A DNA stretch of 64,000 nucleotides from Bradyrhizobium sp. (GTDB lineage Bacteria > Pseudomonadota > Alphaproteobacteria > Rhizobiales > Xanthobacteraceae). The DNA is taken from the NCBI RefSeq assembly GCF_035701725.1, contig NZ_DASSRP010000254.1, positions 10,909 through 74,908 on the forward strand, given 5' to 3'. The notes beneath the pieces are model-generated. The model worked only from the letters and a program-made list of their open reading frames with translations, had not been told where the DNA came from and searched no databases. The position numbers and the translations under genes were made by a program. Positions within the stretch are counted from its first letter, which is position 1. Each line of letters begins with the position of its first letter. This document shows positions 19,641-28,197 of the stretch, in pieces.

Positions 19641-20557
19641 GCTTTGACTCCCGGACAGCCATCGCCGTCCAACTCGCGGCGCAGCGCAGCCGCAAAAATG
19701 TCGTCGAGGGGAATTGCGTTCGTGGGGTGGGATACACTCGTGGTCGATCGGACGGAGCGAATTCCGGCCGCTGTGAAGCTGCTTGTCAGCGCTGCCGGGA
19801 AAAGCGCGTGCGTGATGACGGCATCGACTGTCGTTGCGCCTGCCGCGGCGAGCGCCCTTGCGCAGGCGATCAAGGTGGCGCCGGATGAAACGATGTCATC
19901 GACGAGCAATGCCGGCCGGGCCGCCATCGATGCTGGATCGGAGAAGGATATCTCCACCTCTTTGTCCCCGTGCCGAACTTTTTGTGCAACCGTCCAGGAC
20001 AGCCCGAGGCGCCCAGCGAGGTCGCTGACCCATGGTTCGGACTCCTTGTCGGGGCCGATTACGATGGTGGCGGGGTCCAGGCCCGATCGGCGCAACGTGT
20101 TTGCAATTGCCGGCATCGCGGACAGATTTTCCGCCTCGATGCCTGGGAAGATGGTGCGGATATCGTGGGTCCGATGCAGGTGAGCATCGGTCGTGATGAT
20201 GCGATCGGCGAGGCCGGTGAGAAGTCGGCCGATGGCTTTCTGACTGATCGCCTCACCCTCGCTGAAGGCGACGTCCTGGCGCATGTAGCAGAGATAAGGC
20301 GCCAGCAGCACGAGCCGTCTCGTTCCCGCCCGCCGCAGCGCTTCGCACGCGAATAACAGTGCGATCAATTTGTCGTTTGGCTGATCGAGTGACGCATAAA
20401 GAATGGTGGTAGGTGCGGAAGGTCCCACCGTCACCCGCGTTTCCCTGTCCGGAAACCAATGCAAGGCGATTTCATGGAACGGGATGCCGAGCTGCGAGGC
20501 GAGGCGCGAGGCATTGCCGGCACTGTCTGGCAAACTCTGCATGACGGCATGATTCAC
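19637..20557 (-). CDS. prs: Ribose-phosphate pyrophosphokinase-like protein (divergent subfamily)
   Basis: [17 protein letters not shown] flexible loop, PRPP-binding [13 protein letters not shown]; PDKESEPW replaces canonical PDxGG; 4-nt overlaps with both neighbours. Confidence 0.85.
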   Translation of the reverse strand: MNHAVMQSLPDSAGNASRLASQLGIPFHEIALHWFPDRETRVTVGPSAPTTILYASLDQPNDKLIALLFACEALRRAGTRRLVLLAPYLCYMRQDVAFSEGEAISQKAIGRLLTGLADRIITTDAHLHRTHDIRTIFPGIEAENLSAMPAIANTLRRSGLDPATIVIGPDKESEPWVSDLAGRLGLSWTVAQKVRHGDKEVEISFSDPASMAARPALLVDDIVSSGATLIACARALAAAGATTVDAVITHALFPAALTSSFTAAGIRSVRSTTSVSHPTNAIPLDDIFAAALRRELDGDGCPGVKA

Positions 20558-22098
20558 GGCCTGGTCTCGCCTGGCAGCAGGGGCAAGTTCCCGATCGCAT
20601 AGCCGGTGGCGGCTCTCGAGTTCGTCACCGCAAGATCGCGCTCGGACGAGCCAAACGTGTAGATCCGATAAAGCGGCTCGCCGGCCTCGACACGGTCGCC
20701 GATCTTTTTGAACAAGCGGATGCCGGCGCCTTTTTCGAGCGGCGCGCCGGCGGTTCGCGCCAGACGGTTCATTTGCAGACAGTCGATGCCAGAGACCACG
20801 CCGTCGCGGTCGGCCAGCACGTCATGGGTCAGTTCTCCGAGTTGCGTTCGACAATTTGACGGACCTTGCGCGTCGATGATCTTGTGCATCTGTCTGAGCG
20901 CTGCGCCGCTTTCGAGCAGATCGCGGGCGCGGGCGTAACCGGCACCGCCGCGAAGCCGGGGGTCGTATTCCAGGAGATGGGCTGCCAGCCGCAGGGATTT
21001 TTCCCGCAGATCAGTCGGAGCGGCCGGCTCGTTCGCGAGCACGGCCATGACATCCTGGGCTTCGAGAATCGGCCCGATTCCGTTTCCGATCGGCTGGCGG
21101 CCATCGGTGGTAATCACCTCCACCGCGATGCCAAAGCGGTCGCCCACGAATTCGAACAGTTTGCGGAGCCGCATCGCTTCCGCGCTATTGACGATCTTGG
21201 TGCTCGGGCCGACGGGAATGTCGATCAGGAGGTGGGTGGAACCGGCAGCGATCTTTTTTGACATGATGGACGCGACCATCTGCTCGCGCGTGTCGACGCC
21301 GAGCGGTCGCTCCACGGAGATCAGGATGTCGTCGGCCGGCGACAAATTGACGTGCCCGCCCCAGACTAGACAGCCGTTGCACGCCGCGACGATCGCTTTC
21401 ATTTCTTCGGCGCCGACATTGACCCGCGCCAGCACCTCCATGGTATCGGCGGTGCCGGCAGGAGAGGTGATGGCGCGTGAGGAGGATTTTGGGATCGGCA
21501 GTCCGTGCGCCGCCACGATCGGCACGACGACCATCGACGTGCGATTGCCGGGAATGCCTCCGATGCAATGTTTGTCGACGACGATCGGATCGGCCCATTT
21601 CAGCTTCGTCCCGGCACCGGCCATGGCGCCGGTCAGCGCGATCAGTTCGTCACTGGTCATGAAGCTGGCCGACCCGATCAGGAACGCCACGATCTCCATG
21701 TCGGAATAGCGGTAGTGTGTGAGGTCCTGGACAATGGCAGCGATCTGCCGCGCATCCAGCGCCTGCCCACGGATCTTGGACCTCACGGCTTCGAGGCTTT
21801 CGGGCGGTGTGGCCGGCGTAACTGTCACCGAGCTGCCGACTGGCTCGGCGAAGCGTCGCAACGCAGGCTCGGCGAGGCCGATTTCGTCGGGCCCGACGAG
21901 TGTATCGTCGTCGGTGATGAGAAGGGTAGCAAGCATGGCTTTCGAGTCGCAGCGCAATTCGACCCGGCTAAATCCACGGAAGATCTCCGCCCGCAATGCC
22001 TTTGATTGCCGGGAAAGCACCACGACGTTCTCCCGGCCGGTATCGAGATTGACGCTGCGAATTCGCAGTCGAGGGCGGTTGGTTTCAGCGGATCTCAT
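20554..22098 (-). CDS. Archaeal-type AMP/NMP phosphorylase (thymidine phosphorylase family, long N-terminal domain)
   Basis: [13 protein letters not shown] and [18 protein letters not shown] signatures (AMP-phosphorylase type, not the DKHSTGG of DeoA); extra N-terminal domain. Confidence 0.85.
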   Translation of the reverse strand: MRSAETNRPRLRIRSVNLDTGRENVVVLSRQSKALRAEIFRGFSRVELRCDSKAMLATLLITDDDTLVGPDEIGLAEPALRRFAEPVGSSVTVTPATPPESLEAVRSKIRGQALDARQIAAIVQDLTHYRYSDMEIVAFLIGSASFMTSDELIALTGAMAGAGTKLKWADPIVVDKHCIGGIPGNRTSMVVVPIVAAHGLPIPKSSSRAITSPAGTADTMEVLARVNVGAEEMKAIVAACNGCLVWGGHVNLSPADDILISVERPLGVDTREQMVASIMSKKIAAGSTHLLIDIPVGPSTKIVNSAEAMRLRKLFEFVGDRFGIAVEVITTDGRQPIGNGIGPILEAQDVMAVLANEPAAPTDLREKSLRLAAHLLEYDPRLRGGAGYARARDLLESGAALRQMHKIIDAQGPSNCRTQLGELTHDVLADRDGVVSGIDCLQMNRLARTAGAPLEKGAGIRLFKKIGDRVEAGEPLYRIYTFGSSERDLAVTNSRAATGYAIGNLPLLPGETRP

Positions 22099-22152
22099 GA
22101 GACAAACCGGTTTTGAACGTCCAAGAATCTAAGCGGTTGCGGGTCCGGCCGC

Positions 22153-22166
22153 TTGACCCAAATCAT
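22153..22166 (-). promoter_or_regulatory. FNR/FixK2-type box of the AMP phosphorylase operon
   Basis: TTGA-cccaaa-TCAT (1 mismatch to TTGA-N6-TCAA); minus-strand -10-like TAGATT at 22131-22126 puts the box centre at about -40.5. Confidence 0.6.
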
Positions 22167-22359
22167 GCTTTTCCCGGCCTTGTGCCGTCGAGGGCATCGA
22201 GGTTATGGAGCTCTCACGGCGTCCGGCGCCGACCTATGCAAGACGGCCTGCTCGCGACAAAAAATCGCCGCCGGCCGTGTCCGCCAGCGGTGCACGGGTC
22301 TGATTTATCCATCACGGACAATGGGTTATCTGGAAATCGAGCGCCCGAGGCCGCTACAA

Positions 22360-22374
22360 TTAATGGCCCATTCA
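22360..22374. promoter_or_regulatory. CtrA-like box upstream of Flp pilin (1 mismatch)
   Basis: TTAA-tggccca-TTCA, 100 bp upstream of ATG 22475. Confidence 0.45.
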
Positions 22375-22474
22375 GGCTCTTCTTCAAGGCAGCCGTAACC
22401 AATCGGATTTACATTCCGCCGTCAGTGGAAGGCGATGCATGCAAGTGCTCGGATCGAGCGGGCAGGAGTTTGGG

Positions 22475-22639
22475 ATGTCAGTGTTGGTTTCACGGTTTTT
22501 CCGGGACGAAAGCGGTGCGACGGCAATCGAATATTGCCTCATTGCCGCCGGCCTCAGCATCGTGATTCTCACGGCGGTCAACGGCATCGGCTCGACGCTC
22601 AGCGGCAAGTTCACGTCGGTCAACGCGTCGTTGAAATAG
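22475..22639 (+). CDS. pilA: Flp/PilA type IVb (Tad) pilin
   Basis: 54 aa; RFFRDESGATAIEYCLIAA Flp motif followed by a hydrophobic helix; AGGAG RBS upstream. Confidence 0.9.
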   Translation: MSVLVSRFFRDESGATAIEYCLIAAGLSIVILTAVNGIGSTLSGKFTSVNASLK

Positions 22640-22651
22640 CAGCTTCCGCTT

Positions 22652-23617
22652 CTATCCTGCTTTTCTTGCCCGCGCGGAACCACGTGCGGGCTTTTTTGCG
22701 GGCGCCGCTCTGGTGTCGGCTTTGGCTTCTTCTTTCGCCGCTCGTTTGCCGCTGATCGGCAGCAGCATCTCGCGCTGGCCTTCGATGCGTTTCTTCGGCT
22801 TCTTGCCCTTTGCCTTGGTGGCCGGGGCGGGCGCCTGCCGCTCGGTGGCGAGGCTGCGCTTGAGCGCATCCATCAGGTTGATCACATTGCCGGCGGTCTT
22901 GGGGGTGGCCTTGGCGGTGGGACGAATACCTGCGCGCTTTTTGTTGATGAGATCGATCAGCGCGGTCTCATAGTGATCCTCGAACTTCTCGGGTTCGAAC
23001 GAGGCGGATTTCTTTTCCACGATGTGCTTGGCAAGATCCAGCATGTCTTTGGTGACTTTGACGCTCTGGATGTCGTCAAAATACTCGTTTTCGTTGCGCA
23101 CCTCGTAAGGGTAGCGCAACAGAGTTCCCATCAGGCCCTGACCCAGCGGTTCCAGCGCCACGATGTGCTCGCGATTGGTGAGCACCACGCGGCCGATCGC
23201 AACCTTGTTCATGCTGCGAATGGTTTCGCGGATCACGGCAAACGCGTCGTGACCTACCTTGCCGTCGGGCACGAGGTAATAGGGGCGGATCAGGTAGCGG
23301 CTGTCGATATCGGCCTTGGGAACGAATTCGTCGATTTCGATCGTATGGGTGGATTCCAGCGCGACGTCTTCGAGTTCTTCCTTCGAAACCTCGATGTAGG
23401 TATCGGTATCGACCTTGTAGCCCTTGACGATATCCTCGGAGGCGACTTCCTCGCCCGTATCGGCATCTACCTTGGCATATTTGATGCGGTGGCCGGTCTT
23501 TCGGTTGATCTGGTTGAAGGAGACCTTCTCGGTGTCCGACGTCGCGGGATAAAGCGCGACAGGGCAGGTGACCAGCGAAAGCCGCAGGAAACCCTTCCAA
23601 TTGGCACGGGGGGCCAT
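22652..23617 (-). CDS. ku: Ku protein (prokaryotic NHEJ)
   Basis: MAPRANWKGFLRLSLVTCPVALYPA, RIKYAKVD, IVKGY, IEIDEFVP, RPYYLVPD, VINLMDALKRS, basic tail; GAGGAG RBS before ATG 23617. Confidence 0.96.
   Translation of the reverse strand: MAPRANWKGFLRLSLVTCPVALYPATSDTEKVSFNQINRKTGHRIKYAKVDADTGEEVASEDIVKGYKVDTDTYIEVSKEELEDVALESTHTIEIDEFVPKADIDSRYLIRPYYLVPDGKVGHDAFAVIRETIRSMNKVAIGRVVLTNREHIVALEPLGQGLMGTLLRYPYEVRNENEYFDDIQSVKVTKDMLDLAKHIVEKKSASFEPEKFEDHYETALIDLINKKRAGIRPTAKATPKTAGNVINLMDALKRSLATERQAPAPATKAKGKKPKKRIEGQREMLLPISGKRAAKEEAKADTRAAPAKKPARGSARARKAG
22668..22697 (+). terminator. Probable terminator of pilA, embedded antisense in the Ku 3' end
   Basis: GCCCGCGCG...CGTGCGGGC stem followed by TTTTTT. 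Confidence 0.5.
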
Positions 23618-23807
23618 GGGATACTCCTCAGACGCAACACGAAAAATCCGACGATACCACCGCACGGTTCCTTTTTGAACAAGCCCGGGCGGGATTCTGA
23701 TAACGGCGTTAACCGCACCAGAGTTGCGGCCGAAAGAGGGGGCCGGCCAAACGCGTGAGGCGCCCTGATCCAACGCTCGACACGGCCGATCACGGTTGGA
23801 ACGGACC

Positions 23808-23832
23808 GGAACATGATCGAAAATCGGGCGTT
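23808..23832 (+). promoter_or_regulatory. sigma-EcfG promoter
   Basis: GGAAC-N16-CGTT exact match, 60 bp upstream of small ORF 23892. Confidence 0.7.
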
Positions 23833-23891
23833 GCTCCCGCGTGCCGCAAAGCTAGAGAACGGGGCAGCCCTCAAAGTGGATTGAGGCTATC

Positions 23892-24044
23892 ATGGCAGTG
23901 CAACAAGAACACCGCGTCGTGGAAACTCCGACGGAGGCACGGCAGGGCGAACCCGGACCGTCGGTGTTGGCGCTGCTGGCCGTCTCGACCGGACTTGCCG
24001 TTTTGATCCTGGGTGTTGTCTGGTTCGTGTTCTTCCGCACCTGA
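23892..24044 (+). CDS. Small single-pass membrane protein (50 aa; absent from ORF track)
   Basis: GAGG RBS, MAVQQEHRVVETPTEARQGEPGPSVLALLAVSTGLAVLILGVVWFVFFRT; C-terminal TM helix. Confidence 0.7.
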   Translation: MAVQQEHRVVETPTEARQGEPGPSVLALLAVSTGLAVLILGVVWFVFFRT

Positions 24045-24273
24045 ACGGGTTCCGCGGAACAGCCTGAAGCTGGCCGTCGTGACTGGTCCCCGTGTTATTC
24101 CGGTATCCGTGCTAATCCGGTTTTTCAGCGATCGCGAATCGCGCCATGATCACGCGGTGAGAATTTGCCCGGATCGTTGCGATCTCATGGCAAGACGATG
24201 CAGGGTGAGTTTTCCGCTTAAATCATCATGTCGCCCTGATCCGGGCGATTGATAAGCGCGGGGGGATAACCGG

Positions 24274-24435
24274 ATGCACGCGATGCTCACTCTCTTCCTT
24301 CAGTCCTCGATCTTCGTGACGGGATTTCTGGCCGGTTACGTCATTTGCGCGTGGCGGTCGCATCGGCGACGGGCGCAGTTCGCGACCATTGGGCCGCGCA
24401 TCTCGATGTTCGGCCATACCCGCCGCGCGTTCTAG
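24274..24435 (+). CDS. Small membrane protein (53 aa; absent from ORF track)
   Basis: MHAMLTLFLQSSIFVTGFLAGYVICAWRSHRRRAQFATIGPRISMFGHTRRAF; N-terminal TM then Arg-rich segment; GGGGGA upstream. Confidence 0.55.
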   Translation: MHAMLTLFLQSSIFVTGFLAGYVICAWRSHRRRAQFATIGPRISMFGHTRRAF

Positions 24436-24498
24436 CTTTCGCATCGTCTCGCGACGGCGCATGCCGAGCAGCCGGACGATGCCGCCCGGCTTGCCATC

Positions 24499-24861
24499 TC
24501 AGATCGAGTTGTCGCTCTGGATCGGCTTCAGGCGAAGCAGGAACGAGACCATCTGCCCGATACAGATTCCGCTGATTGCTCCGAGCGCCTTCACCAAGGC
24601 GTCAGCGGCACGGCCGTGACGGTCGGGCGTTAACAGCTGAAGCATCTCGAGGCCGACCGCGGCACCGACTACAATCGCAAAAACCAGCAAGACGCGGTTG
24701 GGATAAGCCAGCGCGAAGGCAAGGCCGATCAGCGCAAAGGCGGCGAAGTGTTCCAGATGCGGGGTTGCGAGTGAGGGGCGGGCGTCAATTGGCGACAGCG
24801 TCGCAAAGACGACGAAGCCGAGCGCTAGCCAGCCGGCGATGGCCGATAGTCTGTGAATCAT
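24499..24861 (-). CDS. VanZ-like family membrane protein
   Basis: ATLSP, EHFAAFALIG, LEMLQLLTPDRHGRAADALVK motifs; start MIHRL at 24861. Confidence 0.8.
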   Translation of the reverse strand: MIHRLSAIAGWLALGFVVFATLSPIDARPSLATPHLEHFAAFALIGLAFALAYPNRVLLVFAIVVGAAVGLEMLQLLTPDRHGRAADALVKALGAISGICIGQMVSFLLRLKPIQSDNSI

Positions 24862-25088
24862 GTCTGCTTGGTAAGCTACAACGGATGTGATCTCAACCTG
24901 TTTGAAGCGCTCCTTTCGGCGCAGAGTTACTTTGTCCGCAGGCCTTGAGTTTCTTGCGGCTGGCGGCAGTTTGGTAAACGCCAGGGGGGCGGGACCTCGT
25001 ATCTGCCGGCGGTTCACCGCTTTGTGTCCTTTTGACCGGCATGCGCATTACGTTCATGTGAAGAGCGAGAGCGGACGCGGTATCAGCC

Positions 25089-25757
25089 ATGAGCAGCACC
25101 TTCGTCATCCCGGATATCCATGGCCGGCTGGATCTGCTGGACAGCGGTCTTGCTGAAATTGCCGCCCGGTCCGCCAATCGCAGGGACACCGTCGTCACGA
25201 TCGGCGATTACGTCGACAAGGGGCCGGCAAGCAAGGGCGTGATCGAGCGGCTGCGATCGGGCCTGGACGGACTCGAACTGATCGCGCTGAAGGGCAACCA
25301 CGATGCGATGATGGTCGGCGCGTTACGGAACGGCTCGAATATGGATGACTGGTTGGCGAAAGGTGGCGATGCCGTGCTCGCATCCTACGGCGGCGATCCG
25401 GCCAACGTGCCGCCGGCAGACACTGATTGGCTCGATCGGCTGCGGCTGTTTCATGTCGACCGCCATCGTCTGTACGTGCACGCAGGCGTTGATCCCGCGA
25501 CACCGCTGGAGCGCCAGAGCGAAGAGACGCTGCTGTGGAAGCGATATCCGAAAGGATATTCCGAAGGCTTCGGCAAGCTGCACGTCGTTCACGGCCACGA
25601 CAATCATCCCGACGGCCCGCTGCTTTATCAAGGCCGAACCAATCTCGATACGCTTGCCTGGCGGACGGGGCGATTGACGATCGGTGTGTTCGACGATGAC
25701 CGGCCGGGCGGCCCGGTCGATTTGATCATCGTCAAGGGCGTCCCCGCAGCGGGTTAA
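25089..25757 (+). CDS. Calcineurin-like metallophosphoesterase (Ser/Thr phosphatase family)
   Basis: DIHG, GDYVDKG, GNHD, HAG, HGHD motifs. Confidence 0.92.
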   Translation: MSSTFVIPDIHGRLDLLDSGLAEIAARSANRRDTVVTIGDYVDKGPASKGVIERLRSGLDGLELIALKGNHDAMMVGALRNGSNMDDWLAKGGDAVLASYGGDPANVPPADTDWLDRLRLFHVDRHRLYVHAGVDPATPLERQSEETLLWKRYPKGYSEGFGKLHVVHGHDNHPDGPLLYQGRTNLDTLAWRTGRLTIGVFDDDRPGGPVDLIIVKGVPAAG

Positions 25758-25907
25758 CGATTGAGGGGCCCTCACGGATTCCCCGGCAAACCCGTTGAAA
25801 GCCGTTGTGAAGAAAAAGTAATCTTGCGGATGTCCGCCGTTCATAACCCGTTCACGACGGCCGCGCTCATCTTGCGTCTTAGATTACAACGATATTTGGA
25901 GACCCAC

Positions 25908-26579
25908 GTGCGCTTACTTGTCGTCGAGGATGATCCGGATCTCAACCGCCAACTCACCACGGCGCTGACGGACGCCGGCTACGTGGTCGATCGCGCCTTC
26001 GATGGCGAGGAGGGGCATTTCCTCGGCGACAGCGAACCTTATGACGCGGTCGTGCTGGACATCGGCCTGCCCAAGATGGATGGCATCTCGGTGCTGGAGG
26101 CCTGGCGCCGCAACGGACGTTCGATGCCGGTCCTCATCCTGACGGCGCGCGACCGATGGAGCGACAAGGTCCAGGGATTTGATGCCGGCGCCGACGACTA
26201 TGTCGCCAAGCCTTTTCACCTCGAGGAAGTCCTGGCGCGCATTCGTGCGTTGCTGCGCCGTTCGACCGGTCACGCGCAATCGGAGCTGACCTGCGGTCCG
26301 GTGTCGCTCGATACCCGCACCGGCCGCGTCAGCGTGTCCGGCAACCCGATCAAAATGACCTCGCACGAATATCGATTGCTTGCCTACCTGATGCATCACA
26401 CCGGACGTGTGGTGTCGCGCACCGAACTGGTCGAGCATCTCTACGATCAGGATTTCGACCGCGACTCGAACACGATCGAGGTGTTCGTGGGCCGTATCCG
26501 CAAGAAGCTCGATGTCGACATCATCCAGACGGTTCGCGGGCTCGGCTATCTGCTGACGCCGCCCGCGGCAGGCCGTTGA
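25908..26579 (+). CDS. feuP: OmpR-family response regulator (FeuP-like)
   Basis: GTG start after GGAGA; LLVVEDD, VVLDIGLP, winged helix SNTIEVFVGRIRKKL; symbol from position upstream of cycHJKL. Confidence 0.8.
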   Translation: MRLLVVEDDPDLNRQLTTALTDAGYVVDRAFDGEEGHFLGDSEPYDAVVLDIGLPKMDGISVLEAWRRNGRSMPVLILTARDRWSDKVQGFDAGADDYVAKPFHLEEVLARIRALLRRSTGHAQSELTCGPVSLDTRTGRVSVSGNPIKMTSHEYRLLAYLMHHTGRVVSRTELVEHLYDQDFDRDSNTIEVFVGRIRKKLDVDIIQTVRGLGYLLTPPAAGR

Positions 26580-26681
26580 TCGGACATCTCCTGATGTGCT
26601 CTGTTGCGGCATTGGCCGCCTGTCATTCGGCTCTTTGAGCGGGTATAGACACGGCCGCAAATCGTTCGGGATGATGCCCTG

Positions 26682-28058
26682 ATGCGCCGCAGCTCGCTTG
26701 CGACCCGGTTGTTTCTGTCCGCGACCGCATGGGTGGTGGTGATTCTGCTGATCACCGGCGTCATCCTGTCGTCGGTCTACCGTGACGCTACCGAACGTGC
26801 GTTTGATCGCCGCCTCAATCTTTATCTGCGAACCCTGGTCGCCGAAGTGGCGACGCCGGACGAGCCGCCGGACCGTCAATTCCAGTCACTGGGCGAGCCG
26901 CTGTTCGAACTGCCGCTGTCGGGCTGGTACTGGCAGATCACGCGCACCGACACCGAAAAGGACGATGCGCGGGCGTCCCGCTCGCTGTGGGACAAGAAGC
27001 TGCCGAAACTGGAGGACCATGGCAGCGAGCTGAGCGCCGCAGGCATTCGCATCGGCTATGTCGAGGGGCCGGAGGGGCAGACCTTGCGGATGGTGGAGCG
27101 TCCGGTCGATCTTGGCGCCGACGGCAAGTTCCTTGTCGATGTTGCCGGCGATGCTTCGGAGATTTTCGACGAGACGCGCAACTTCGACTACTATCTCGGC
27201 GGCACGTTTCTCGCGCTTTCGATCGTGCTGGTTCTGACCACGATTTTCCAGGTGCGTTTCGGACTGGCGCCGCTCAAACGGATTTCCGACGCCATCGCAG
27301 ATATCAGGTCCGGACGTGCCGAAAGGCTGGAGGGCGAGTTTCCCGTCGAGATCGCGCCGCTGGCGCGCGAAACCAATGCCTTGATCGACGCCAACCGGGA
27401 AATCGTCGAACGCGCCCGCACCCATGTCGGCAACCTCGCTCATGCGATCAAGACGCCGCTGTCAGTGATCGTCAACGAGGCCACATCGCATTCGTCCGAT
27501 CCGTTTGCTTCCAAGGTTCTCGAACAAGCGGACGTGATGCGCGACCAGGTCGCTCACCATCTGGAGCGGGCGCGGATCGCCGCACGTGTCACCATCGTCG
27601 GCACCGTCACGGAAGTCGAACCGGTCGTGGACGCTTTGCGCCGGACCATGGAAAAAATTCATCGCGACCGCGGCGTCGTCATCGAAGTCTCCGCTGGCGC
27701 GAAAGCGAAATTTCGTGGCGAGCGCCAGGATCTTGAGGAGATGGTCGGCAACCTGGTCGATAATGCCTGCAAGTGGGCGGCCTCTCGCGTCTTCATCGAG
27801 GTTCTGCTTGAGGAGCCCAAGCAGGCCGGTGCCGCGCCCATGCTGCGTATCATGGTCGATGACGATGGGCGCGGTCTTTCGGAGAAAGAGCGGGCCCAGG
27901 TGTCCCGCCGCGGCCAGCGGCTCGACGAATCCAAGCCGGGCTCCGGGCTTGGCTTGTCGATCGTAACCGATCTTGCGGGCCTCTATGGCGGCAGCCTGAC
28001 CCTCGGCCACGCGCCAATCGGAGGCTTGCGGGCGGAGCTTCGGTTGCCGGCAGCCTAG
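26682..28058 (+). CDS. feuQ: Sensor histidine kinase (FeuQ-like)
   Basis: 2 TM, HAMP, NLAHAIKTPL H-box, NLVDNACKW, DDDGRG, GSGLGL. Confidence 0.8.
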   Translation: MRRSSLATRLFLSATAWVVVILLITGVILSSVYRDATERAFDRRLNLYLRTLVAEVATPDEPPDRQFQSLGEPLFELPLSGWYWQITRTDTEKDDARASRSLWDKKLPKLEDHGSELSAAGIRIGYVEGPEGQTLRMVERPVDLGADGKFLVDVAGDASEIFDETRNFDYYLGGTFLALSIVLVLTTIFQVRFGLAPLKRISDAIADIRSGRAERLEGEFPVEIAPLARETNALIDANREIVERARTHVGNLAHAIKTPLSVIVNEATSHSSDPFASKVLEQADVMRDQVAHHLERARIAARVTIVGTVTEVEPVVDALRRTMEKIHRDRGVVIEVSAGAKAKFRGERQDLEEMVGNLVDNACKWAASRVFIEVLLEEPKQAGAAPMLRIMVDDDGRGLSEKERAQVSRRGQRLDESKPGSGLGLSIVTDLAGLYGGSLTLGHAPIGGLRAELRLPAA

Positions 28059-28197
28059 CACTATGCAACCTTCAGTAGATTTTATGCCGCGAACCACCCT
28101 CTACGTTTGACATCCTAAACGACTTCTTAACACGCGGGCTCGTACTATGCCCCGGCGGGCGTATTGATGCCGCGCCGTAAAGCTGCATTCCGGGCGC

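Noticed and set aside
23646-23671. GGAAC upstream of ku (minus strand) as an EcfG -35
   Set aside because: No CGTT/GTT at 16-18 nt spacing (nearest TT is ~2 nt too far); EcfG control of ku is not supported by this site.
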